A DNA stretch of 63,605 nt, the filler included, from Octopus bimaculoides (taxonomy: Eukaryota): assembly GCF_001194135.2 (NCBI RefSeq). It is 5 parts of 5 records of this genome, joined end to end, with 100 filler letters (N's around TTAATTAATTAA, not from the genome) between each part and the next. Parts side by side here need not be neighbours in the genome. Positions count along the whole stretch, not along the records: positions 1 to 15,682 come from NC_068981.1; positions 15,783 to 40,156 come from NC_068986.1; 3 more parts are not named here. One strand, 5' to 3'. Numbering within the stretch: the stretch's first letter is position 1; every line of letters starts with the position of its first letter. A model generated the notes under the pieces. That model saw only the letters and a list, made by a program, of their open reading frames with translations, was not told the origin of the DNA and searched no databases. Positions 11,885-23,543 of this stretch are shown one piece after another. The position numbers and the translations under genes were made by a program.

Positions 11885-13048
11885 ATGTTTATCAAGTCTT
11901 GATGTTGAGTGAAAATAGTAAAACAAACCAAACGACATTTCTGCTGCGCTTCCTTTTCCGGGTACTAGGCCCAGGCATATAAGAGATGGTGGTGTGCCTG
12001 GAAAGATAAGCATGCAACACTACTTGCGGAGACAATAAAAAGTTGTCATGCAAAGCTGATGACCACAGTCTCTGTGAACGATGCAAGAAGTGGCCGTCCA
12101 ATCACATCCCGATCAGCGGAGAACATGGTAACAGTGCAGGAAATGTTTAATCGCAGCCCGCAAAAATCAACGCGTCAAGCAGCTAATGAAAGTGGACTAA
12201 GAAGACACACAATATGTACGGTGTTGCATAAAGAATTGAATTTTCGTTCGTGGAAACCCCAGTATGTGCAGGAGCTAAAACCTGAAAATTGTGACCGCAG
12301 AATGGAATACGGAGAGTTAATGCTAGGTTGGCATGAAGACTGGCATGAATTGTTTGAAAAATCCTCTGGAGTTACGAGGCTTTATTCCATGTTGGTGGTT
12401 TCATCGATCGTCACAACTGCCATTACTGGGTGCCGTGTGACAAGGATCCGAACATAACAGTTGTAAGGATTCAAGATCGATCAAAAGTCACCATTTGGTG
12501 CAGAATTACAGCAACAAGAGTCGTCGGCCCATATCTTCTGCGAATACAGACCGCTATCTTCAGCCGCTCCAAAATTACGCGTGGCTCACGGTGTCTGGCT
12601 TGGATAACATTTGTGATCTGATATTCATGCAAGATGGTGCACCACCCCATTTTGTTCTTACTGTGCGTACCTGGTTAGACCAACGTTTTCCCGGATGTTG
12701 GATTGGACGATGCGGACTTCATGAATGGTCTCCAAGAAGTCCAGATCTCACTCCATGCAGTTTTTTACCTGTGGGGTCACACAAAAGAGGAGGTGTACAA
12801 AACTTCGCACACTGAAGGACTTGGCGACACGGATTCAGGAGATTCTCAATGATATCCCAGACGACATCCTTCAGAAGATTGTTAATTCCATCCCTGGTTG
12901 ACGCCACCGATGCTTACGTTGAAATAGGAAGATTTACTTTCATTTTCCCATGTAATAAAGAACATGTATCATCTATTTCAGTAAATTTGTAAAAGGAATA
13001 TGGATTTTATTATTAATTTTTAACGCCTACTTGCTTTTAATGACCCTG
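11885..13048 (+). mobile_element. DD41D (rosa/Visitor) Tc1/mariner element, pseudogenised, with right TIR
   Basis: RSGRP, HNCHYW, FMQDGAPPH, WSPRSPDLTP; 41 residues between the second D and the third catalytic position (now S). Ends ...AATGACCCTG|TA. Left TIR not found. Confidence 0.9.
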
Positions 13049-13403
13049 TATCTATATATATCTTAGCAATAGAAGTTATATCCTGCTTAACATGGCTATA
13101 TTGTAAGAATACTAAGTGCGTCACTCCTCTTGAGAGAGCATGTCGTATAGATGTGTAGTGCTTAAAAAGACAGAAATATCGGTGGCAGATGAAAAGTTAC
13201 GCGCGTGCGTATGTGTGTGTGTCTGTGTCTGTGTGTGTCTGTGTGTGTCTGTGTCTGTGATCTGCGTGTGTGTCCATGTCCCTTTGTATAAACGCGAAAG
13301 ATATAGTAAATACATGTACAGTTTATAGAAGCTAAATCTCCAATCGTAATTCTTATGTAAACGTTAACAATTAACAATTTGTTGACTCCAATTTCTTCAA
13401 TTT

Positions 13404-13472
<69 letters not shown>

Positions 13473-13569
13473 TTGTATTGATATATCCTGTTCACTATGC
13501 GGTATATGTGTGTGTGAGTGTGTGTGTGTATAAACACACACATATACACACACTCATATTGTATAATAT

Positions 13570-13935
13570 ATATATACACAACAGCGCAGAGTAAGATCCC
13601 GGTTAATGGGATTCCAAGTAGTATAGAGTTCCAGTGATAAAGCGAGTAGAGTCCGGTGGTAAAGTAGTCCTTGAGATGGCAACAGTCGAAGAGATGAAAA
13701 TCCGAGAGAGAAGGAAGTATAGACAGGGATCAAACTGGGATTACCATGTAGGCTTATAGCAGATATAGACCATAGAACACTGTTGTTTCCCTTTACACCC
13801 ACGCTATAAGCCAACCTCCTTTTCTAGATATTTCAGTATGTCTTAGACTCGTTGATTTGTTTTTTTTCTCCAGCTTTTACTCATTTGTTCTTTGTGTAGA
13901 AGAGCCTGGGCTCGAAACGTGAAAGACTTCTTTCA
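13570..13935 (+). mobile_element. Possible Penelope-like 3' terminal remnant with decayed hammerhead-like motif
   Basis: GAAGAGCCTGGGCTCGAAACGT at 13899-13920 (stem GAGC/GCTC followed by GAAAC); core is not canonical. Confidence 0.3.
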
Positions 13936-14024
13936 TTTAACAAATCGATATTGCATTATCCAGTCGGTATGGAACTGACATAAGATTACTGAAGGTTTAA
14001 AACCTTAAAAATTCAACCGGTGTC

Positions 14025-14240
14025 AGCCACCAAGCATAACGTAATGGATAAAGACGTTGGTAAGTACAGTGTATTCAACTAAAGGTTCTGAGTTCAATCC
14101 CCGGCAAGACACCAAGGGGAAACAAATGACAACTGGAGAAGGCCGAAGCGTACAACAGCTGAAACACTGTGAAATAAACAATTCTTCCATTTTCACTGAG
14201 CCTCAACTTAATACTCTGCGGTCGTTGTTCGTTCACTTCG
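14025..14240 (+). mobile_element. tRNA-like head followed by a hammerhead-like motif (unclassified retroposon)
   Basis: TAACGTAATGG (A-box-like), GAGTTCAATCCC (B-box-like), then CTGGAGAAGGCC...CAGCTGAAAC. Confidence 0.35.
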
Positions 14241-14260
14241 TGTTTGAGTTTTCTTTAAAA

Positions 14261-14337
14261 TGAAAGGCAAAGTCGACCTCGGCGGAATTTGAACTCAGAA
14301 CGGAAAGACGGAGGAAATGCTGTTATTTTGCCCGGCG
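14261..14337 (-). mobile_element. SINE family B fragment, followed by (AAG)n at 14338-14387
   Basis: AAGGCAAAGTCGACCTCGGCGGAATTTGAACTCAG matches 8741-8970. Confidence 0.85.
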
Positions 14338-14388
14338 AAGAAGAAGAAGAAGAAGAAGAAGAAGAAGAAGAAGAAGAAGAAGAAGAAA

Positions 14389-14934
14389 TGCTCTGATACA
14401 GTACTAGGCACTGGCTCTCTTGGCTTCTGATCTTAACTGATTGGAAGTGTTATCATGTACATGTTTTATCTTTGCATAAAAAAATGGGCTGCAGAAAATA
14501 TTCAGCTCAATACCACAGATTTCCTTCTCACTTGCTTGACATTAACAGTTGTGTATGTCCCTTTGTGGCTGACGATATGTACATCTCTGATCACGAGCAG
14601 AAGTAGTGGGGAAGCTTCCTAGCCATGTGTTGAGAGGAAGTCTTTGAGATTTGAATTATTCGCCCCTGGAAACATGGGTGTTTCGTTCATCATCCTTAAA
14701 CAATCTTCATCCCGGGACCTTTTGACCGGGATGGGCTACTCGACCTAAAGAAAGTTTATATCGAGAAAAGGTCATGCACTGTTTATCTTGATATGAGATC
14801 GCCATGTTGCGCGCATATTGTTGTGATGCATGTGCCTGGTGTACCCTTATCAGACTGGTTGTCATGATGGGTATATTGGGCTTCGTATATTTGTACTCAG
14901 TGTGATTTTGAAGGCATGTTCTGCTATCTCACTC
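14389..14934. mobile_element. Unclassified ~540-bp element family D, copy 0
   Basis: Colinear with 25609-26144 and 26189-26686, with the same two end points. Confidence 0.85.
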
Positions 14935-14989
14935 AATATATGCACCCATATACATGCACACACACTCTGGCCGATTTCGTCTGGCGACC

Positions 14990-15350
14990 CAAAGAAGAGG
15001 AGGTAAAATTCGACCTGGTCGATAATCAGATACGCGAGTCCCTATAACACACTATCCCGGAAATGCCCTCTATGTCCCGAGGAATCGCTGTCTATATTGT
15101 TGACGAAGGATCGGATTATAAATAGATTTGTTGAACGACTACCCAGATGCATGCATACAGTTAAACACAACACACAGTACACTGGAAATGACAACTAACC
15201 AATACAAACCAAACACAAAAGAAACACACACACAATCCCCTACCATTCGAATTCACTTCCCCCTTCCCTACCTGAGTGACAACTTCATGAACAGCAACCA
15301 TGGAACCTATATCAGGGAAGAACCAGATGAGAACGCTACATGTATTTAGG
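14990..15350 (+). mobile_element. Penelope-like RT thumb remnant
   Basis: LCPEESL...LNDYP...HFPLPYLS resembles the ICSxExL...NxYP...LPYLG pattern; frameshifted. Confidence 0.5.
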
Positions 15351-15389
15351 TACGTTCATATCGAACAGTTGCAGAATGCAACTGTAGGT

Positions 15390-15627
15390 CACTGTTGTTG
15401 ACGTCGAGGGTTCCAGCTGATCCGATCAACGGAACAGCCTGCTCGTGAAATTAACATGCAAGTGGATGAGCACTCCACAGACACGTGTACCTTTAACGTA
15501 GTTCTCGGGGATATTCAGCGTGACACAGTGTGACAAGGCTGACCCTTTGAATTACAGGTACAACAGAAACAGGAAGAAAGAGTGAGAGAAAGTTGTGGTG
15601 AAAAAGTACAGCAGGGTTCGCCACCAT
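15390..15627 (-). mobile_element. SINE family A, 3' portion
   Basis: GATCCGATCAACGGAACAGCCTGCTCGTGAAATTAAC...CAGGGTTCGCCACCAT. Confidence 0.9.
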
Positions 15628-15682
15628 GTTGACTCTATGGAAGACATTTGTCCTGAGCTGCCTAGACTATTGCTCTCAGTTG

Positions 15683-15782
15683 NNNNNNNNNNNNNNNNNN
15701 NNNNNNNNNNNNNNNNNNNNNNNNNNTTAATTAATTAANNNNNNNNNNNNNNNNNNNNNNNNNNNNNNNNNNNNNNNNNNNN
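15683..15782. other. Artificial scaffold-join spacer (44 N + TTAATTAATTAA + 44 N)
   Basis: Identical 100-bp construct at four places; the 12-mer has stops in all six frames. Confidence 0.9.
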
Positions 15783-15808
15783 GAGAGAGAGAGAGAGAGA
15801 GAGAGAGA

Positions 15809-16191
15809 GCCATGCTGGGGCACCGTCTTGAAGGATTTTAATCGATGCCAGTACTTATATTCTTTATTCTTATTTAGCCTAGTACTTTTCCGGAACCGTT
15901 AATGCTGCGGGATGTAAACAAACCAACACCGATTACCAAGCGGGTGTGAGGGACAAACACAAACACATGCAGACAGATATAGACAGATTGATACAAAGAC
16001 ATACAGATAGATATATAGATAGATAGATAGATAGATTTGAAATGGGTTTCTTTCAGTTTCCGCCTACCAAAACTATTCACGAGGCTTTTGCTTGGCCTGG
16101 TGCTATAGTAGAAAACACTTGCCACACATTGAGACTGAACCCGGAACCTTGTGAATCAGAAACAAACCTCTTACGACACAGCCACGCCTAC
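15809..16191 (-). mobile_element. SINE family C, near full length, with internal (GATA)/(CAGA) repeat
   Basis: Head ACACAGCCACGCCTACGC and tail GCCATGCTGGGGCACCGTCTT on the plus strand. Confidence 0.85.
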
Positions 16192-16247
16192 GCATGAATT
16201 TATGCGCGTATATACATAGATGTTTGTGCATGTGTGTATGTGTGTTT

Positions 16248-16308
<61 letters not shown>

Positions 16309-16612
16309 TGTGTGTGCTTGTTTGTGTGTGTGTGTGTATGTACGTGTATATATATGTATGTGTATGTATGGATATACATGCAATATATAATATATAAAAT
16401 ATAACATGTGTATATTATATTTTGTTGCATAATATGTCATATATTGTATATATAACCATATATACAAACATGCATACGCTCAGGCATATCTATATGCACA
16501 CATACACGCACATACTTACACACACACACACATACATACATACATAAATACATAAATACATACATACAGACAGACAGACAGACAGAATACACACACATAT
16601 ACATATATATAT

Positions 16613-16649
<37 letters not shown>

Positions 16650-17288
16650 NNNNNNNNNNNNNNNNNNNNNNNNNNNNNNNNNNNNNNNNNNNNNNNNNNN
16701 NNNNNNNNNNNNNNNNNNNNNNNNNNNNNNNNNNNNNNNNNNNNNNNNNNNNNNNNNNNNNNNNNNNNNNNNNNNNNNNNNNNNNNNNNNNNNNNNNNNN
16801 NNNNNNNNNNNNNNNNNNNNNNNNNNNNNNNNNNNNNNNNNNNNNNNNNNNNNNNNNNNNNNNNNNNNNNNNNNNNNNNNNNNNNNNNNNNNNNNNNNNN
16901 NNNNNNNNNNNNNNNNNNNNNNNNNNNNNNNNNNNNNNNNNNNNNNNNNNNNNNNNNNNNNNNNNNNNNNNNNNNNNNNNNNNNNNNNNNNNNNNNNNNN
17001 NNNNNNNNNNNNNNNNNNNNNNNNNNNNNNNNNNNNNNNNNNNNNNNNNNNNNNNNNNNNNNNNNNNNNNNNNNNNNNNNNNNNNNNNNNNNNNNNNNNN
17101 NNNNNNNNNNNNNNNNNNNNNNNNNNNNNNNNNNNNNNNNNNNNNNNNNNNNNNNNNNNNNNNNNNNNNNNNNNNNNNNNNNNNNNNNNNNNNNNNNNNN
17201 NNNNNNNNNNNNNNNNNNNNNNNNNNNNNNNNNNNNNNNNNNNNNNNNNNNNNNNNNNNNNNNNNNNNNNNNNNNNNNNNNNNNNNNN

Positions 17289-17622
17289 ATCAACGGAACA
17301 GCCTGCTCGTGAAATTAACGTGCAAGTGGCTGAGCACTTCACAGACACGTGTACCCTTAACGTAGTTCTCGGGGATATTCAGCGTGACACAGTGTGACAG
17401 GCTGACCCTTTGAATTACAGGCACAACAGAAACAGGAAGTAAGAGTGAGAGAAAGTTGTGGTGAAAGAGTACAGCAGGGTTCGCCACCATCCCCTGCTGG
17501 AGCCTCGTGGAGCTTTAGGTGTTTTCGCTCAATAAACACTCACAACGTCCGGTCTGGGAGTCGAAATCGCGATCCTTTGACCACGAGTCCGCTGCCGTAA
17601 CCACTGGGCCATTGCGCCTCCA
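17289..17622 (-). mobile_element. SINE family A
   Basis: Colinear with 44008-44388; A and B boxes in the head. Confidence 0.9.
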
Positions 17623-17943
17623 CTAACTGGTTTCTAATAAAGATACAAAGCTCCATCATTGGAACGAGGATAACAAAAAGAATGTCAGTTTGAACTTGAG
17701 AAAAGACTGGAATACATTTACTGTCCCGCTCGTAGCTTGTATTTGTAATATACGTTAAGCTGGTTGATTTATTTTTCTGAAAAGCTTTTGCGGATCGTCA
17801 TTTGAATATTTACTCACAAAATGAAACGCCCGAATAATTATTTGTGTAAATGTGAATTTATAATCTGGGTATAGATATTGGGGATTTCGAAGCAGTTATC
17901 CATAGATATCCCCCTTTTTTTTTTTTTTTTGCTTCGATTTTAG

Positions 17944-17984
17944 AAGAGATATTCGCAATAGCAGGGCAGCTGATCTCTATGCAG
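17944..17984 (+). CDS. Candidate 41-nt host exon (EIFAIAGQLISMQ)
   Basis: Long T tract plus TTTAG acceptor, GCAG|GTACAT donor; the phase 1 to 0 frame joins the 19096 exon in frame. Confidence 0.3.
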
Positions 17985-19095
17985 GTACATACTTTTGTCA
18001 TACTAACCTAAAGAACAACATCCGACCTATTACGTTTGCATCTGGTAGAAGTTTTGAGAAGAATATTCCACCAACATTCATTTAGCTGACGTTTGTGCAC
18101 ATCTTGTATATGCATGCAGTTTCTGTTCCCGCATTTCGATAGAATAAGTAGTACACTTTAACACATAAAGCACGACGGGCCACGATCATGGCCGTCAGAC
18201 ACAGGTTGACAGGCCACGACCATGGCCCAGATAGATGCATTTAATTTATAGGCGTTTGTTGGGGTCTAATGTCACTCAAACGCTCCGATACCCCCCAGAA
18301 TGCAAAAGGATTAATAGTTCAACTAATGACTTTTCAGATGATGTAAAACTTGCCACCATTAAATACTAAGAAGATATTTAACTATTTGGGGGGGGGGGTA
18401 TGTGTGCACGGTAGTCTCATTTTCATAAAATGTACTCAGCAGTCCATGCAATGTAAGTGTAAATCCCAGCGCTTTAAGGGTTAAAAATAAGTACAGGATT
18501 CGATTTGTTCGACTAAATAAGTGGTTCTCAACCATTTTTCTACTTTTGGATCCCTTTGATTCCGAGTGCATCCTCATAGCCATTCGATGTTTAAAAAACC
18601 CTGTTATATTTTTATAATTAGATACTATTAGGAATAATAGGGCATATGGCATAAGAATGTCATTGTGAATTGTCATAAATAATTTACACGCGTAAGTTTA
18701 ACAAACATGCATTTAGCTTCTCTCTACTAATTGGCTGCGTGGTGAGAACAAGAACCCTTTCTGCATAATGTAAGGAAGAACAATTCTACTAGTTTCGCCT
18801 GATCACTACCAGCGCCCCAGGAGTGTTTTCTTTGTCTGTTTTGCAAAGACATAGAGGGTAGTGTACAACTACTAATATGAAAAAACAAATAGGTGATGAA
18901 CGACAAGCAATATTTTTGCTCTCTTATGTTTCAGTAGATTAATTAATGATGCGTGTTAAATGACTAAAGCACTCGGACGCGCTGTTTTAGTAGGAAGTGG
19001 GTGTCTCTACAATTAAGAATAATTTTTTCTCTTACTAGTAATAGATATTTCTGCTTATGGCAGCAGGTGAACATAACCTCTGACCTTCTGTTTAG

Positions 19096-19209
19096 GGTCA
19101 GTTTTCGGGTGGTTCAGAAGGAAACAAAAACCTTGACGATAGCAACATAAAAAAAGAATTGATTAAAACAAACATTGTTGAATCAAAATTTGACAGAAGC
19201 CATTTCGAT
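19096..19209 (+). CDS. Candidate host exon (GQFSGGSEGNKNLDDSNIKKELIKTNIVESKFDRSHFD), family unidentified
   Basis: CTGACCTTCTGTTTAG acceptor, GAT|GTGAGT donor; 114 nt, phase 0-0, the only open frame of the three. Confidence 0.5.
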
Positions 19210-19364
19210 GTGAGTATCGGTTGTGCCGTGTGGCAAATTAAATGAAAATGTCAATCATATAATGTGTGAATGTTCAAAGATGTTACACAAAACAAAAATT
19301 ATAAAACACGACAGGCAAGTAAACTGATACACTGGAGGTTAGTAGAAAATTTAGTTTCATAGTC

Positions 19365-19725
19365 GGTGAAAAGTTGTACCATTACCATCCAAAAGCTAGT
19401 AATTGAAAATGACTGCTGTAAGATCCTGTGGGATTTCACAATGGAAATTGTCTGAAAGAAATACGACCATATTAAAAGAAGAAAAAGAAGAGTCGAAGCA
19501 TAAAATAAACTGAAATTATGTTGTATGAATGCAAAAGAAAAATGCAAAAAATACAGAAAAGTATACCTGGATCTGGTTACAGAACGGAGAGAACTCATGG
19601 GAATGCGAATGGAAGTTAACATAATTGTTATAGGAGGATTAAGAAGAATAACGAAAGAACTGTACAAAAGATTGATAGACGTTGATATTGAAACCTGAAT
19701 GGCAGATTTTCAGAAAACTGTCAAC
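19365..19725 (+). mobile_element. Degenerate RLE endonuclease region of an R4/NeSL-type non-LTR element
   Basis: LYHYHPK..VIENDCCKILWDF...YLDLVTE...NIIVIGGL...FQKTV matches the ENxxxKILWDF...KYxDL...VIGALG...LQK pattern. Confidence 0.7.
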
Positions 19726-20574
19726 TTGTTTTCTTTCCTAAAAAAAAAGACTGCTTTTGTTTTCACTTAACAAGTTGTTTCATACTTTTCTGACTTAGTG
19801 TTCTCCTGTACCTTAATTCATCAAACCATTTTTCTCCATTTATTTGTAAGTCCTTCGTAGCTATATATAGTTTGCAGTTTGAAACTATCTTTAAATCTAT
19901 CAAAATTTCCATTTCGCAATAGCTTGCATATCAATACATTTTATTTGCTATGTTGACAATCAGTTGCTTTAAAGTCATTATTACTCAACATTCATCCATC
20001 TACCCATAATTCTTACCACCTCCTATCTCTGTTTTCTTTTATTCAATTTATATTCATCACCTTATCTACTGCCTTTCTCATTGCATAAGCTAAAATTTGT
20101 TATATCCTGCATATTATCCATGTTTAATTTATAGTGTTGTAGAATCCAATTGCTATATAATTATTTAAAGTCTTTATCTAATTTCAATTCAGGCAGTCTT
20201 CTCGTTCGATCAAATTTTTCGAAATTTTGGCTTGATTTCTCGTAGAAAAAAATGTCCAATAAGCTTTTCTTTTGTCTTCTACAGGTTATTTTAACTTTTT
20301 AAAGATGTGCAAGTTGTTACCTCACTAGTATATATATNNNNNNNNNNNNNNNNNNNNNNNNNNNNNNNNNNNNNNNNNNNNNNNNNNNNNNNNNNNNNNN
20401 NNNNNNNNNNNNNNNNNNNNNNNNNNNNNNNNNNNNNNNNNNNNNNNNNNNNNNNNNNNNNNNNNNNNNNNNNNNNNNNNNNNNNNNNNNNNNNNNNNNN
20501 NNNNNNNNNNNNNNNNNNNNNNNNNNNNNNNNNNNNNNNNNNNNNNNNNNNNNNNNNNNNNNNNNNNNNNNNNN

Positions 20575-20941
20575 GATTACATCGACCCCAGTGCATAACT
20601 GGTACTTATTTAATCGACCCCGAAAGGATGAAAGTCAAAATCGACCTCGGCGGAATTTAAACTCAGAATATAAAGACAGACGAAATACCGCTAAGTATTT
20701 TGCCTGGCGTGTTAACGTTTCTTATTTCTTTATTGCCCACAAGGGGCTAAACAGAGAGGGGACAAACAAATACAGACAAAGGGATTAAGTCGATTACATC
20801 GACCCCAATGCGTAACTGGTACTTAATTTATCGATCCCGAAAGGCAAAGTCGACCTCGGTGGAATTTGAACTCAGAACGTAAAGACAAACGAAATACCGC
20901 TAAGCATTTCGCCCGGCGGGCTGTTTCTGCCAGCTCGCCGC
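20575..20941 (-). mobile_element. SINE family B head-to-tail dimer
   Basis: Two colinear copies joined at TAACGTTTC|TTATTTCTTTA (20721/20722). Confidence 0.9.
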
Positions 20942-21049
20942 TCGTTGTTTCGTCCTTCTTCACGTTGCCGTAAGTAGTCGTCGTTTCCCCAGTACTGTTA
21001 CAGTGTTATAAACGTTTCTCTTCTTCATCATCTGTTATAAACCAGTATT

Positions 21050-22735
21050 AAATTACAAAAGCTCTTCACATCTTTCTTGGATCTATTTCGCGAACCTTCA
21101 GAAGCAATGTAGTATTATTCAGAGAAATCATAGCCCCGCGTTTATTTCAACTTGGCCCTGGCGACTTTAATATCTTTCTATTGATTCCTATCAATCCGAA
21201 CTGACCGTACATTCCTTGAATGACCCATTTTATAGCCTCTACATGGTTCTAGCAGAGTTATTGGATTTTGCTTCAATCAAGAATGCTGAGGCTTTTCGAT
21301 TCATTTCTTTTTTTTTTTTTGTACTTTTTACAAGTGTTATCCCAATGGATTTTCTTGCACAATGGTTTATGAAGGACTTACGACATCCCTTTTTTTTTAT
21401 TATTTTCTCTCTCACTTCCTCTGTCATTCCACAGCCATCTTTATGCACTTTACGATAGTTATCCAAAAAGATCTTTCTTGACACATTTTGAATTAAAGAA
21501 ATTGGTATCCTTGATTTATATTATCTTCCGAGACAGAACCTTGCTCTAGATCCAAAGTAGGAAAAATCATTCTGGCGCTTCTTTTTTTATTTTTAACTGA
21601 GATTTTAAACTGGATTATCCATTATATATATTTTCTTTTTCGTTTTTCCTTTTTGCTTGTGTGAGAGGAGGGATTATCGCTCATCCATTTATCACATAAT
21701 CAGTGCGATCTTGATTGAATTTAGAGAATGTCACAACTCTGTTCCAAGAGATTTATTTCTGCACATGACACCACTCACTTAACTTCTATCCTTTGCATTT
21801 ATGTATATATTTTCCTCCGGCGTAACCGTGTGTCAAGAAGTTTGCTTCCCAACCGCATGGTTCCAGGTTCAGTCCCACTCCGTGGAACCTTTGGCTAGCG
21901 TCTTCTACTATAGCCACGGGCCGACCAGAATGAATGCGGTATGCTGTCGAAGGCCATTTTATAATCACTCCATGCAGAACTGAGGTTTCTGCATTTGTTA
22001 CGACAGTTATCAAGGATCATGCGATTGGTTAAGAGTTGGTATTTGCATCCATATAAGCCTCGTCGGCACCCCATTTGTTCAGTTGGGAAAATATCGTTCT
22101 CTTCCATAAATTTGTATGTTTTCTCCACGAGGATGGACGTTACATAGGCCGATAGCTTTGGGAAGATTTGTTTTCATTATTCTTCGGAAGTAGGTAAGTA
22201 ATACCTTTCGCTAACCAATCAGCTGTTTTCGTAGGATCTCTCATAATTTCATTGAATAACTGAACTAACATTTCGTGTGCGCACGGGAGCGAGACACGCC
22301 AGAAATTTGGCACCCTATCATTACCAGGGGATTTCCACTTATGAGCCTTCGTGAGTATCATTCTTAGGTCTGCTATTATGGTGTCTTCCCATGCTTGTTC
22401 TGGTAAGTTTTGGTAGAATCCTTCTGTGCATCTAATCCTGTCTGCATTTTTATTGTCTTCTCGTCACTCCAGATGTTTCCCAGAAGTTTTCAACTTCTTC
22501 CAAGGCAGTGGGTAAGGTATCTTCAATGGTTATTTTCTCTTTCCCTATTTTTTTGTCGAATGTTTTCGCATTGGATGTGAACAGCTTATTTTATTCGCAA
22601 AATATATTTCTGTTCTCAAATCTTCGTATTCTTTGAGCTTTTACTGAAAATTTTTGTTGCAGTGTTTATTTTGATGAAAGCAGTTCTTCACTTGATAAGA
22701 ATCTATGTTTTCTCATCTTTCTTCCTTTTCTGGTA
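21050..22735 (-). mobile_element. R4/Dong-like (RLE clade) LINE RT pseudogene, interrupted by a SINE
   Basis: AQRIRRFE, KSPGNDRVPNFW, WLAKGITYLLPK, SYRP, EQMGC, SAWSDYKMAFDSIPHS at 21930-22735. More decayed downstream region (GMYGQF) at 21050-21800. 5' end abuts (TAT)n. Confidence 0.85.
21820..21935 (+). mobile_element. SINE family C head inserted in the LINE
   Basis: GTGTGTCAAGAAGTTTGCTTCCCAACCGCATGGTTCCAGGTTCAGTCCCAC. Confidence 0.85.
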
Positions 22736-22769
<34 letters not shown>

Positions 22770-22780
22770 CATCATCATCA

Positions 22781-22847
<67 letters not shown>

Positions 22848-23040
22848 GGCAGCGAACTGGCAGAATCGTTAGCACGCCGGGTAAGATGCTACGTTCTGAG
22901 TTCAAATTCCTCCGAGGTCGACTTTAACTTTCATCGTTTCGGGGATCGATAAAACAAGTGCCGGTTGAACCCTGGGGGTCGATGTAATCGACTCATCCCC
23001 TCCCCCAAAATTGCTACCCTTGTAGTAAAATTTGAAACCA
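22848..23040 (+). mobile_element. SINE family B, tail type b, between (ATT)n tracts
   Basis: GGCAGCGAACTGGCAGAATCG...GAGTTCAAATTCC...CCCCAAAATTGCTACCCTTGTAGTAAAATTTGAAACC. Confidence 0.9.
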
Positions 23041-23061
23041 TTATTTTTATTATTATCATTA

Positions 23062-23117
<56 letters not shown>

Positions 23118-23498
23118 GTTATTATTACAAATTTCAGTCATTATATTCTTTTCAATGTTTCCTTTCACTGATTTCAAGAAGAGAATATAATTGCTTTTCT
23201 TTCCCGAGGCTTGATATCTTAAAAATTAAAATATATGCGTGTGTATGCGTGTATAGGAGTGTGCATGTATGCATGTACGTATGTATATGTATATGTATGT
23301 GTGTGTGCGTGTGTGTAGGCATATATGTATGTATATGTATATATATGTGCGTGTATGAATATGTATAGTTATGTATATACGTATGCATGTGTGTGTATAT
23401 GTGTAAATATAGATACATATGCATATACATATTTTTACATATATTGTCATATATACATATATATAGACATACATATATACACATATTTATATATATAC

Positions 23499-23543
<45 letters not shown>

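Noticed and set aside
15727-15738. TTAATTAATTAA as a homeodomain or piggyBac site
   Set aside because: Always centred in 44+44 N, so it is an assembly linker
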